The translations under genes and the position numbers were made by a program. Shown piece after piece: positions 40,201 to 53,200 of a stretch of 64,000 nucleotides of DNA. The notes under the pieces were generated by a model. That model was not told where the DNA came from and did not search any database. It was given only the letters and a program-made list of their open reading frames with translations. Each line of letters opens with the position of its first letter. The stretch's first letter is position 1. The stretch lies in assembly GCF_964355755.1 (NCBI RefSeq), contig NW_027306095.1, positions 503,001 through 567,000 on the forward strand. Reading direction: 5' to 3'. The DNA comes from Antedon mediterranea. Its lineage: Eukaryota; Animalia; Echinodermata.

Positions 40201-43200
40201 TTTCACCAAAATGCACAAAATGGTCTAAAACGTCTCCAAATCCGTTTTGAAGCTAATCTAAGCACTTTGATGTTGTTATGTTAAACAAGTTTTTTCGAAA
40301 TGCACAAAATGGTCTAAAACGTCTCCAAATACGATTTGAAGCTCTTTTGTGCACTTTGATGTTTTGTGTAATAAGTTTTATAGAAACGCACAAAATGGTC
40401 TAAAACGGTTTCAAATGTGATTTTAAGCACTTTGATATTTTTGTTTAACCAAGTTTCATCGAAATGCACATAATGGTCTAAAACGTCTCCAAATGCGATT
40501 TGAAGCTGTTTTTGTGTGAAAAGTTTTTTCGAAATACACAAAATGGTCTAAAACGTCTCCAAATACGATTTGGAACTCTTTTGTGCACTTTGATGTTTTG
40601 TGTCAAAAGTTTTATAGAAATGCCCGAAATGGTCTAAAACGGTTTCAAATGTGATTTTAAGCACTTTGATATTTTTGTGTAATCAAGTTTCATCGAAATG
40701 CACAAAATGGTCTAAAACGTGTTCAAATGCGATTTGAAGCTATTTTGTGATTTTAAGAACTTTGATATTTTTGTGTAATCAAGTTTCATCGAATGCACAA
40801 ACTGGTCTAAACCTCTCAAAATGCGATTTGAAGCTATTTTGTGCACATTGATGTTTTTTTGTGAAAAGTTTCATCGAAATGCACAAAACGGTCTAAAACG
40901 TCTCTAAATGCGATTTGAAGTTATTTTGTGCACTTTGATGTTTTGTGTGAAAAGTTTTATCGAAATGCTCAAAATGGTCTAAAACGGTTTCAAATTTGAT
41001 TTTAAGCACTTTGATATTTTTGTGTAATCAAGTTTCATCGAAATGCACAAAATGGTCTAAAACGTCTGCAAATGCGATTTAAAGCTATTTTGTGCACTTT
41101 AATGTTTTGTGTGAAAAGTTTTATCGAAATTCTCAAAATGGTCTAAAACGGTTTCAAATGTGATTTTAAGCACTTTGATGTTTTTGTGTAATCAAGTTTC
41201 ATCGAAATGCACAAAATGGTTTAAAACGTCTGCAAATGCGATTTGAAGCTATTTTGTGCACTTTGATGTTTTTGTGTGAAAAGTTTCATCGAAATGCACA
41301 AAATTGTCTAAAACGTTTCCAAATACGATATTAAGCTATTGTATGCACTTTGATGTTTTTGAGTGAAAAGTTTTTTCGAAATGCACAAAATGGTCTAAAA
41401 CGTCTCCAAATGCGATTTGGAGCTCTTTTGTGCACTTTGATGTTTTGTGTAAAAAGTTTGCTATTTTGTGCACTTTAATGTTTTGTGTGAAAAGTTTTAT
41501 CGAAATGCTCAAAATTGTCTAAAACGGTTTCAAATGTGATTTTAATCACTTTGATATTTTTGTGTAATCAAGTTTTTTCGAAATGCACAACATGGTCTAA
41601 AACGTCTCCAAATGCGATTTGAAGCTATTTTGTGCACTTTGATGTTTTTGTGTGAAAAGTTTCATCGAAATGCACAAAATGGTCTAAAACGTCTCTAAAT
41701 GCGATTTGAAGCTATTTTGTGCACTTTGTCGTTTTTGTGTGAAAAGTTTCATCGAAATGCTCAAAATGGTCTAAAACGTCTCCAAATGCGATTTGAAGCT
41801 ATATTGTGCACTTTGTCGTTTTTGTGTGAAAAGTTTCATCGAAATGCTCAAAATGGTCTAAAACGTCTCTAAATGCGATTTGAAGCTATTTTGTGCACTT
41901 TGATGTTTTTTTGTGAAAAGTTTCATCGAAATGCACAAAATGGTCTAAAACGTCTCTAAATGCGATTTGAAGCTATTTTGTGCACTTTGATGTTTTTGTG
42001 TGAAAAGTTTCATCGAAATGCACAAAATGGTCTAAAACGTCTCTAAATGCGATTTGAAGCTATTTTGTGCACTTTGATGTTTTTTTGTGAAAAGTTTCAC
42101 CGAAATGCACAAAATGGACTAAAACGTCTCTAAATGCGATTTGAAGCTATTTTGTGCACTTTGTCGTTTTTGTGTGAAAAGTTTCATCGAAATGCTCAAA
42201 ATGGTCTAAAACGTCTCCAAATGCGATTTGAAGAAATTTTGTGCACTTTGATGTTTTTGTGTGAAAAGTTTCATCGAAATGCACAAAATGGTCTAAAACG
42301 TCTGCAAATGCGATTTGAAGCTATTTTGTGCACTTTGATGTTTTGTGTAATCCAGTTTCATCGAAATGTACAAAATTGTCTAAAACGTCTCTAAATGCGA
42401 TTTGAAGCTATTTTGTGCACTTTGTCGTTTTTGTGTGAAAAGTTTTTTCGAAATGCACAAAATGGTCTAAAACGTGTCCAAATGCGATTTGAAGTTATTT
42501 TGTGCACTTTGATGTTTTGTGTGAAAAGTTTTATCGAAATGCTCAAAATGGTCTAAAACGGTTTCAAATGTGATTTTAAGCACCTTGATATTTTTGTGTA
42601 ATCAAGTTTCATCGAAATGCACAAAATGGTCTAAAACGTCTGCAAATGCGATTTGAAGCTATTTTGTGCACTTTGATGGTTTGGGTGAAAAGTTTCATCG
42701 AAATTCACAAAATGGTCAAAAATGTCTCCAAATGCGATTTGAAGCTATTTTGTGCACTTTGTTGTTTTGTGTGAAAAGTTTCATCGAAATGCACAAAATG
42801 GTCTAAAACGGTTTCAAATGTGATTTTAAGCACTTTGATATTTTTGTGTAATCAAGTTTTTTCGAAATGCACAACATGGTCTAAAACGTCTCCAAATGCG
42901 ATTTGAAGTTATTTCGTTCACTTTGATGTTTTTGTTTGAAAAGTTTCATCGAAATGCACAAAATGGTCTAAAACGTCTCTAAATGCGATTTGAACCTATT
43001 TTGTGCACTTTGATGTTTTTGTGTGAAAAGTTTCATCGAAATGCACAAAATGGTCTAAAACGTCTCTAAATGCGATTTGAAGCTATTTTGTGCACTTTGT
43101 CGTTTTTGTGTGAAAAGTTTCATCGAAATGCTCAAAATGGTCTAAAACGTCTCCAAATGCGATTTGAAGCTATTTTGTGCACTTCGATGTTTTTTTCTGA

Positions 43201-44228
43201 AAAGTTTCATCGAAATGCACAAAATGGTCTAAAACGTCTCTAAATGCGATTTGAAGCTATTTTGTGCACTTTGATGTTTTTGTGTGAAAAGTTTCATCGA
43301 AATGCACAAAATGGTCTTAAACGTCTCTAAATGCGATTTGAAGCTATTTTGTGCACTTTGTCGTTTTTGTGTGAAAAGTTTCATCGAAATGCTCAAAATG
43401 GTCTAAAACGTCTCCAAATGCGATTTGAAGCAATTTTGTGCACTTTGATGTTTTTGTGTGAAAAGTTTCATCGAAATGCACAAAATGGTCTAAAACGTCA
43501 GCAAATGCGATTTGAAGCTATTTTGTGCACTTTGATGTTTTTTTGTGAAAAGTTTCATCGAAAGGCACAAAATTGTCTAAAACGTCTCTAAATGCGATTT
43601 GAAGCTATTTTGTGCACTTTGTCGTTTTTGTGTGAAAAGTTTCATCGAAATGCTCAAAATGGTCTAAAACGTCTCCAAATGCGATTTGAAGCAATTTTGT
43701 GCACTTTGATGTTTTTGTGTGAAAAGTTTTTTCGAAATGCACAAAATGGTCTAAAACGTCTCCAAATGCGATTTGAAGCAATTTTGTGCACTTTGATGTT
43801 TTGTGTAATCCAGTTTCATCGAAATGTACAAAATTGTCTAAAACCTCTCAAAATGCGATTTGAAGCTATTTTGTGCACTTTGTCGTTTTTGTGTGAAAAG
43901 TTTCATCGAAATGCACAAAATTGTCTAAAACGTCTCCAAATACGATATTAAGCTATTGTATGCACTTTGATGTTTTTGAGTGAAAAGTTTTTTCGAAATG
44001 CACAAAATGGTCTAAAACGTCTCCAAATGCGATTTGGAGCTCTTTTGTGCACTTTGATGTTTTGTGTAAAAAGTTTGCTATTTTGTGCACTTTAATGTTT
44101 TGTGTGAAAATTTTTATCGAAATGCTCAAAATTGTCTAAAACGGTTTCAAATGTGATTTTAAGCACTTTGATATTTTTGTGTAATCAAGTTTTTTCGAAA
44201 TGCACAACATGGTCTAAAACGTCTCCAA
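31283..44228 (+). repeat. 12.8-kb super-repeat, copy 2 (12,946 bp; one extra 164-bp dimer)
   Basis: The offset to copy 1 changes from 12782 to 12946 after about 41050-41220 (29188 to 42134, 30385 to 43331, 31283 to 44229). Confidence 0.92.
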
Positions 44229-47200
44229 ATGCGATTTGAAGCTATTTTGTGCACTTTGATGTTTTTGTGTGAAAAGTTTCATCGAAATGCACAAAATGGT
44301 CTCAAACGTCTGGAAATGCGAGTTGAAGCTATTTTGTGCACTTTGTCGTTTTTGTGTGAAAAGTATATTCGAAATGCTCAAAATGGTCTAAAACGTCTCC
44401 AAATGCGATTTGAAGCTATTTTGTGATTTTAAGAACTTTGATGTTTTTGTGTGAAAAGTTTCATCGAAATGCACAAAATGGTCTAAATGCGATTTGAAGC
44501 TATTTTGTGCACTTTGATGTTTTTTTGTGAAAAGTTTCATCGAAATGCACAAAATGGTCTAAAACGTCTCCAAATACGATATTAAGCTATTGTATGTATG
44601 TTGATGTTTTTGTGTGAAAAGTTTTATCGAAATGCTCAAAATGGTCTAAAACGGTTTCAAATGTGATTTTAAGCACTTTGATGTTTTTGTGTAATCAAGT
44701 TTCATCGAAATGCACAAAATGGTCTAAAACATCTGCAAATGCGATTTTAAGCTATTTTGTGCACTTTCATGTTTTGTGTGAAAAGTTTTATCGAAATGCT
44801 CAAAATGGTCTAAAACGGTTTCAAATGTGATTTTAAGCACTTTGATATTTTTGTGTAATCAAGTTTCATCGAAATGCACCAAATTGTCTAAAACGTCTGC
44901 AAATGCGATTTGAAGCTATTTTGTGCACTTTGATGTTTTTGTGTGAAAAGTTTCATCGAAATGCACAAAATGGTCTAAAACGTCTCCAAATATGATATTA
45001 AGCTATTGTATGCACTTTGTTGTTTTTATCTGAAAAGTTTTCACGAAATGCACAAAAGATCTAAAACGTCTCTAAATGCGATTTGAAGTTATTTTGTGCA
45101 CTTTAATGTTTTGTGTGAAAAGTTTTATCGAAATGCACAAAATGGTCTAAAACGTCTCCAAATGCGATTTGAAGCTATTTTGTGCACTTTGATGTTTTGT
45201 GTGAAAAGTTTCACCAAAATGCACAAAATGGTCTAAAACGTCTCCAAATCCGTTTTGAAGCTAATCTAAGCACTTTGATGTTGTTATGTTAAACAAGTTT
45301 TTTCGAAATGCACAAAATGGTCTAAAACGTCTCCAAATACGATTTGAAGCTCTTTTGTGCACTTTGATGTTTTGTGTAATAAGTTTTATAGAAACGCACA
45401 AAATGGTCTAAAACGGTTTCAAATGTGATTTTAAGCACTTTGATATTTTTGTTTAACCAAGTTTCATCGAAATGCACATAATGGTCTAAAACGTCTCCAA
45501 ATGCGATTTGAAGCTGTTTTTGTGTGAAAAGTTTTTTCGAAATACACAAAATGGTCTAAAACGTCTCCAAATACAATTTGGAACTCTTTTGTGCACTTTG
45601 ATGTTTTGTGTCAAAAGTTTTATAGAAATGCTCGAAATGGTCTAAAACGGTTTCAAATGTGATTTTAAGCACTTTGATATTTTTGTGTAATCAAGTTTCA
45701 TCGAAATGCACAAAATGGTCTAAAACGTGTTCAAATGCGATTTGAAGCTATTTTGTGATTTTAAGAACTTTGATATTTTTGTGTAATCAAGTTTCATCGA
45801 ATGCACAAACTGGTCTAAACCTCTCAAAATGCGATTTGAAGCTATTTTGTGCACTTTGATGTTTTTGTGTGAAAAGTTTCATCGAAATTCACAAAATTGT
45901 CTAAAACGTCTCCAAATACAATATTAAGCAATTGTATGCACTTTGATGTTTTTGAGTGAAAAGTTTTTTTCGAAATGCACAAAATGGTCTAAAACGTCTC
46001 GAAATGCGATTTGGAGCTCTTTTGTGCACTTTGATGTTTTGTGTAAAAAGTTTGCTATTTTGTGCACTTTAATGTTTTGTGTGAAAAGTTTTATCGAAAT
46101 GCTCAAAATTGTCTAAAACGGTTTCAAATGTGATTTTAAGCACTTTGATATTTTTGTGTAATCAAGTTTTTTCGAAATGCACAACATGGTCTAAAACGTC
46201 TCCAAATGCGATTTGAAGCTATTTTGTGCACTTTGATGTTTTTTTGTGAAAAATTTCATCGAAATGCACAAAATGGTCTAAAACGTCTCTAAATGCGATT
46301 TGAAGTTATTTTGTGCACTTTGATGTTTTGTGTGAAAAGTTTTATCGAAATGCTCATAATGGTCTAAAACGGTTTCAAATGTGATTTTAAGCACTTTGAT
46401 ATTTTTGTGTAATCAAGTTTCATCGAAATGCACAAAATGGTCTAAAACGTCTGCAAATGCGATTTAAAGCTATTTTGTGCACTTTAATGTTTTGTGTGAA
46501 AAGTTTTATCGAAATTCTCAAAATGGTCTAAAACGGTTTCAAATGTGATTTTAAGCACTTTGATGTTTTTGTGTAATCAAGTTTCATCGAAATGCACAAA
46601 ATGGTTTAAAACGTCTGCAAATGCGATTTGAAGCTATTTTGTGCACTTTGATGTTTTTGTGTGAAAAGTTTCATCGAAATGCACAAAATTGTCTAAAACA
46701 TTTCCAAATACGATATTAAGCTATTGTATGCACTTTGATGTTTTTGAGTGAAAAGTTTTTTCGAAATGCACAAAATGGTCTAAAACGTCTCCAAATGCGA
46801 TTTGGAGCTCTTTTGTGCACTTTGATGTTTTGTGTAAAAAGTTTGCTATTTTGTGCACTTTAATGTTTTGTGTGAAAACTTTTATCGAAATGCTCAAAAT
46901 TGTCTAAAACGGTTTCAAATGTGATTTTAATCACTTTGATATTTTTGTGTAATCAAGTTTTTTCGAAATGCACAATATGGTCTAAAACGTCTCCAAATGC
47001 GATTTGAAGCTATTTTGTGCACTTTGATGTTTTTGTGTGAAAAGTTTCATCGAAATGCACAAAATGGTCTAAAACGTCTCTAAATGCGATTTGAAGCTAT
47101 TTTGTGCACTTTGATGTTTTTGTGTGAAAAGTTTCATCGAAATGCACAAAATGGTCTAAAACGTCTCTAAATGCGATTTGAAGCTATTTTGTGCACTTTG

Positions 47201-50200
47201 ATGTTTTTTTGTGAAAAGTTTCATCGAAATGCACAAAATGGTCTAAAACGTCTCTAAATGCGATTTGAAGCTATTTTGTGCACTTTGTCGTTTTTGTGTG
47301 AAAAGTTTCATCGAAATGCTCAAAATGGTCTAAAACGTCTCCAAATGCGATTTGAAGCAATTTTGTGCAATTTGATGTTTTTGTGTGAAAAGTTTCATCG
47401 AAATGCACAAAATGGTCTAAAACGTCTGCAAATGCAATTTGAAGCTATTTTGTGCACTTTGATGTTTTTTTGTGAAAAGTTTCATCGAAATGCACAAAAT
47501 TGTCTAAAACGTCTCTAAATGCGATTTGAAGCTATTTTGTGCACTTTGTCGTTTTTGTGTGAAAATTTCATCGAAATGCTCAAAATGGTCTAAAACGTCT
47601 CCAAATGCGATTTGAAGCAATTTTGTGCACTTTGATGTTTTTGTGTGAAAAGTTTCATCCAAATGCACAAAATGGTCTAAAACGTCTGCAAATGCGATTT
47701 GAAGCTATTTTGTGCACTTTGTCGTTTTTGTGTGAAAAGTTTTTTCGAAATGCACAAAATGGTCTAAAACGTCTCCAATTGCGATTTGAAGTTATTTTGT
47801 GCACTTTGATGTTTTGTGTGAAAAGTTTTATCGAAATGCTCAAAATGGTCTAAAACGGTTTCAAATGTGATTTTAAGCACTTTGATATTTTTGTGTAATC
47901 AAGTTTCATCGAAATGCACAAAATGGTCTAAAACGTCTGCAAATGCGATTTAAAGCTATTTTGTGCACTTTAATGTTTTGTGTGAAAAGTTTTATCGAAA
48001 TTCTCAAAATGGTCTAAAACGGTTTCAAATGTGATTTTAAGCACTTTGATGTTTTTGTGTAATCAAGTTTCATCGAAATGCACTAAAAGGTTTAAAACGT
48101 CTGCAAATGCGATTTGAAGCTATTTTGTGCACTTTGATGTTTTTGAGTGAAAAGTTTTTTCGAAATGCACAAAAGGGTCTAAAACGTCTCCCAATGCGAT
48201 TTGGAGCTCTTTTGTGCACTTTGATGTTTTGTGTAAAAAGTTTGCTATTTTGTGCACTTTAATGTTTTGTGTGAAAAGTTTTATCGAAATGCTCAAAAAT
48301 TGTCTAAAACGGTTTCAAATGTGATTTTAAGCACTTTGATATTTTTGTGTAATCAAGTTTTTTCGAAATGCACAACATGGTCTAAAACGTCTCCAAATGC
48401 GATTTGAAGCTATTTTGTGCACTTTGATGTTTTTGTGTGAAAAGTTTCATCGAAATACACAAAATGGTCTAAAACGTCTCTAAATGCGATTTGAAGCTAT
48501 TTTGTGAACTTTGATGTTTTTGTGTGAAAAGTTTCATCGAAATGCACAAAATGGTCTAAAACGTCTCTAAATGCGATTTGAAGCTATTTTGTGCACTTTG
48601 ATGTTTTTGTGTGAAAAGTTTCATCGAAATGCACAAAATTGTCTAAAACGTCTCCAAATACGATATTAAGCTATTGTATGCACTTTGTTGTTTTTGAGTG
48701 AAAAGTTTTTTCGAAATGCACAAAATTGTCTAAAACGTCTCCAAATGCGATTTGGAGCTCTTTTGTGCACTTTGATGTTTTGTGTAAAAAGTTTGCTATT
48801 TTGTGCACTTTAATGTTTTGTGTGAAAAGTTTTATCGAAATGCTCAAAATTGTCTAAAACGGTTTCAAATGTGATTTTAAGCACTTTGATATTTTTGTGT
48901 AATCAAGTTTTTTCGAAATGCACAACATGGTCTAAAACGTCTCCAAATGCGATTTGAAGCTATTTTGTGCACTTTGATGTTTTTGTGTGAAAAGTTTCAT
49001 CGAAATGCACAAAATGGTCTAAAACGTCTCTAAATGCGATTTGAAGCTATTTTGTGCACTTTGTCGTTTTTGTGTGAAAAGTTTTTTCGAAATGCACAAA
49101 ATGGTCTAAAACGTCTCCAATTGCGATTTGAAGTTATTTTGTGCACTTTGATGTTTTGTGTGAAAAGTTTTATCGAAATGCTCAAAATGGTCTAAAACGG
49201 TTTCAAATGTGATTTTAAGCACTTTGATGTTTTTGTGTAATCAAGTTTCATCGAAATGCACAAAATGGTTTAAAACGTCTGCAAATGCGATTTGAAGCTA
49301 TTTTGTGCACTTTGATGTTTTTGTGTGAAAAGTTTCATCGAAATGCACAAAATTGTCTAAAACGTCTACAAATACGATATTAAGCTATTATATGCACTTT
49401 GATGTTTTTGAGTGAAAAGTTTTTTCGAAATGCACAAAATGTTCTAAAACGTCTCCAAATGCCATTTGGAGCTCTTTTGTGCACTTTAATTTTTTTTGTG
49501 TAAAAAGTTTGCTATTTTGTGCACTTTTAATGTTTTGTGTGAAAAGTTTTATCGAAATGCTCAAAATTGTCTAAAACGGTTTCAAATGTGATTTTAAGCA
49601 CTTTGATATTTTTGTGTAATCAAGTTTTTTCGAAATGCACAACATGGTCTAAAACGTCTCCAAATGCGATTTGAAGCTATTTTGTGCACTTTGATGTTTT
49701 TGTGTGAAAAGTTTCATCGAAATGCACAAAATGGTCTAAAACGTCTCTAAATGCGATTTGAAGCTATTTTGTGCACTTTGATGTTTTTGTGTGAAAAGTT
49801 TCATCGAAATGCACAAAATGGTCTAAAACGTCTCTAAATGCGATTTGAAGCTATTTTGTGCACTTTGTCGTTTTTGTGTGAAGAGTTTCATCGAAATGCT
49901 CAAAATGGTCTAAAACGTCTCCAAATGCGATTTGAAGCTATTTTGTGCACTTTGATGTTTTTTTCTGAAAAGTTTCATCGGAATGCACAAAATGGTCTAA
50001 AACGTCTCTAAATGCGATTTAAAGCTATTTTGTGCACTTTGATGTTTTTGTGTGAAAAGTTTCATCGAAATGCACAAAATGGTCTAAAACGTCTCTAAAT
50101 GCGATTTGAAGCTATTTTGTGCACTTTGATGTTTTTTTGTGAAAAGTTTTATCGAAATTCTCAAAATGGTCTAAAACGGTTTCAAATGTGATTTTAAGCA

Positions 50201-53200
50201 CTTTGATGTTTTTGTGTAATCAAGTTTCATCGAAATGCACTAAATGGTTTAAAACGTCTGCAAATGCGATTTGAAGCTATTTTGTGCACTTTTATGTTTT
50301 TGTGTGAAAAGTTTCATCGAAATGCACAAAATTGTCTAAAACGTCTCCAAATACGATATTAAACTATTGTATGCACTTTGATGTTTTTGAGTGAAAAGTT
50401 TTTTCGAAATGCACAAAATGGTCTAAAACGTCTCAAAATGCGATTTGGAGCTCTTTTGTGCACTTTGATGTTTTGTGTAAAAAGTTTGCTATTTTGTGCA
50501 CTTTAATGTTTTGTGTGAAAAGTTTTATCGAAATGCTCAAAATGGTCTAAAACGGTTTCAAATGTGATTTTAAGCACTTTGATATTTTTGTGTAATCAAG
50601 TTTCATCGAAATGCACAAAATGGTCTGAAACGTCTGCAAATGCGATTTAAAGCTATTTTGTGCACTTTGATGTTTTTGTGTGAAAAGTTTCATCGAAATG
50701 CACAAAATGGTCTAAAACGTCTCTAAATGCGATTTGAAGCTATTTTGTGCACTTTGATGTTTTTGTGTGAAAAGTTTCATCGAAATGCACAAAATGGTCT
50801 AAAACGTCTCTAAATGCGATTTGAAGCTATTTTGTGCACTTTGATGTTTTTGTCTGAAAAGTTTCATCGAAATGCTCAAAATGGTCTAAAACGTCTCCAA
50901 ATGCGATTTGAAGCTATTTTGTGCACTTTGATGTTTTTTTCTGAAAAGTTTCATCGAAATGCACAAAATGGTCTAAAACGTCTCTAAATGCGATTTGAAG
51001 CTATTTTGTGCACTTTGATGTTTTTGTGTGAAAAGTTTCATCGAAATGCACAAAATGGTCTAAAACGTCTCTAAATGCGATTTGAAGCTATTTTGTGCAC
51101 TTTGATGTTTTTTTGTGAAAAGTTTCATCGAAATGCACAAAATGGTCTAAAACGTCTCTAAATGCGATTTGAAGCTATTTTGTGCACTTTGTCGTTTTTG
51201 TGTGAAAAGTTTCATCGAAATGCTCAAAATGCTCTAAAACGTCTCCAAATGCGATTTGAAGCAATTTTGTGCACTTTGATGTTTTTGTGTGAAAAGTTTC
51301 ATCGAAATGCACAAAATGATCTAAAACGTCTGCAAATGCGATTTGAAGCTATTTTGTGCACTTTGATGTTTTTTTGTGAAAAGTTTCATCGAAAGGCACA
51401 AAATTGTCTAAAACGTCTCTAAATGCGATTTGAAGCTATTTTGTGCACTTTGTCGTTTTTGTGTGAAAAGTTTCATCGAAATGCTCAAAATGGTCTAAAA
51501 CGGTTTCAAATGTGATTTTGTGCACTTTGATGTTTTTGTGTAATCAAGTTTCATCGAAATGCACAAAATGGTTTAAAACGTCTGCAAATGCGATTTGAAG
51601 CTATTTTGTGCACTTTGATGTTTTGTGTAATCCAGTTTCATCGAAATGTACAAAATTGTCTAAAACCTCTCAAAATGCGATTTGAAGCTATTTTGTGCAC
51701 TTTGATGTTTTTGTGTGAAAAGTTTCATCGAAATGCACAAAATTGTCTAAAACGTCTCCAAATACGATATTAAGCTATTGTATGCACTTTGATGTTTTTG
51801 AGTGAAAAGTTTTTTCGAAATGCACAAAATGGTCTAAAATGTCTCCAAATGCGATTTGGAGCTCTTTTGTGCACTTTAATGTTTTGTGTAAAAAGTTTGC
51901 TATTTTGTGCACTTTAATGTTTTGTGTGAAAAGTTTTATCGAAATGCTGAAAATTGTCTAAAACGGTTTCAAATGTGATTTTAAGCACTTTTATATTTTT
52001 GTGTAATCAAGTTTTTTCGAAATGCACAACATGGTCTAAAACGTCTCCAAATGCGATTTGAAGCTATTTTGTGCACTTTGATGTTTTTGTGTGAAAAGTT
52101 TCATCGAAATGCACAAAATGGTCTCAAACGTCTTGAAATGCGAGTTGAAGCTATTTTGTGCACTTTGTCGTTTTTGTGTGAAAAGTATATTCGAAATGCT
52201 CAAAATGGTCTAAAACGTCTCCAAATGCGATTTGAAGCTATTTTGTGATTTTAAGAACTTTGATGTTTTTGTGTGAAAAAAGTTTCATCGAAATGCACAA
52301 AATGGTCTAAATGCGATTTGAAGCTATTTTGTGCACTTTGATGTTTTTTTGTGAAAAGTTTCATCGAAATGCACAAAATGGTCTAAAACGTCTCCAAATA
52401 CGATATTAAGCTATTGTATGTATGTTGATGTTTTTGTGTGAAAAGTTTTATCGAAATGCTCAAAATGGTCTAAAACGGTTTCAAATGTGATTTTAAGCAC
52501 TTTGATGTTTTTGTGTAATCAAGTTTCATCGAAATGCACAAAATGGTCTAAAACATCTGCAAATGCGATTTTAAGCTATTTTGTGCACTTTCATGTTTTG
52601 TGTGAAAAGTTTTATCGAAATGCTCAAAATGGTCTAAAACGGTTTCTAATGTGATTTTAAGCACTTTGATATTTTTGTGTAATCAAGTTTCATCGAAATG
52701 CACCAAATTGTCTAAAACGTCTGCAAATGCGATTTGAAGCTATTTTGTGCACTTTGATGTTTTTGTGTGAAAAGTTTCACCAAAATGCACAAAATGGTCT
52801 AAAACGTCTCCAAATATGATATTAAGCTATTGTATGCACTTTGTTGTTTTTATCTGAAAAGTTTTCACGAAATGCACAAAATGATCTAAAACGTCTCTAA
52901 ATGCGATTTGAAGTTATTTTGTGCACTTTAATGTTTTGTGTGAAAAGTTTTATCGAAATGCACAAAATGGTCTAAAACGTCTCCAAATGCGATTTGAAGC
53001 TATTTTGTGCACTTTGATGTTTTGTGTGAAAAGTTTCACCAAAATGCACAAAATGGTCTAAAACGTCTCCAAATCCGTTTTAAAGCTAATCTAAGCACTT
53101 TGATGTTGTTATGTTAAACAAGTTTTTTCGAAATGCACAAAATGGTCTAAAACGTCTCCAAATACGATTTGAAGCTATTTTGTGCACTTTGATGTTTTGT

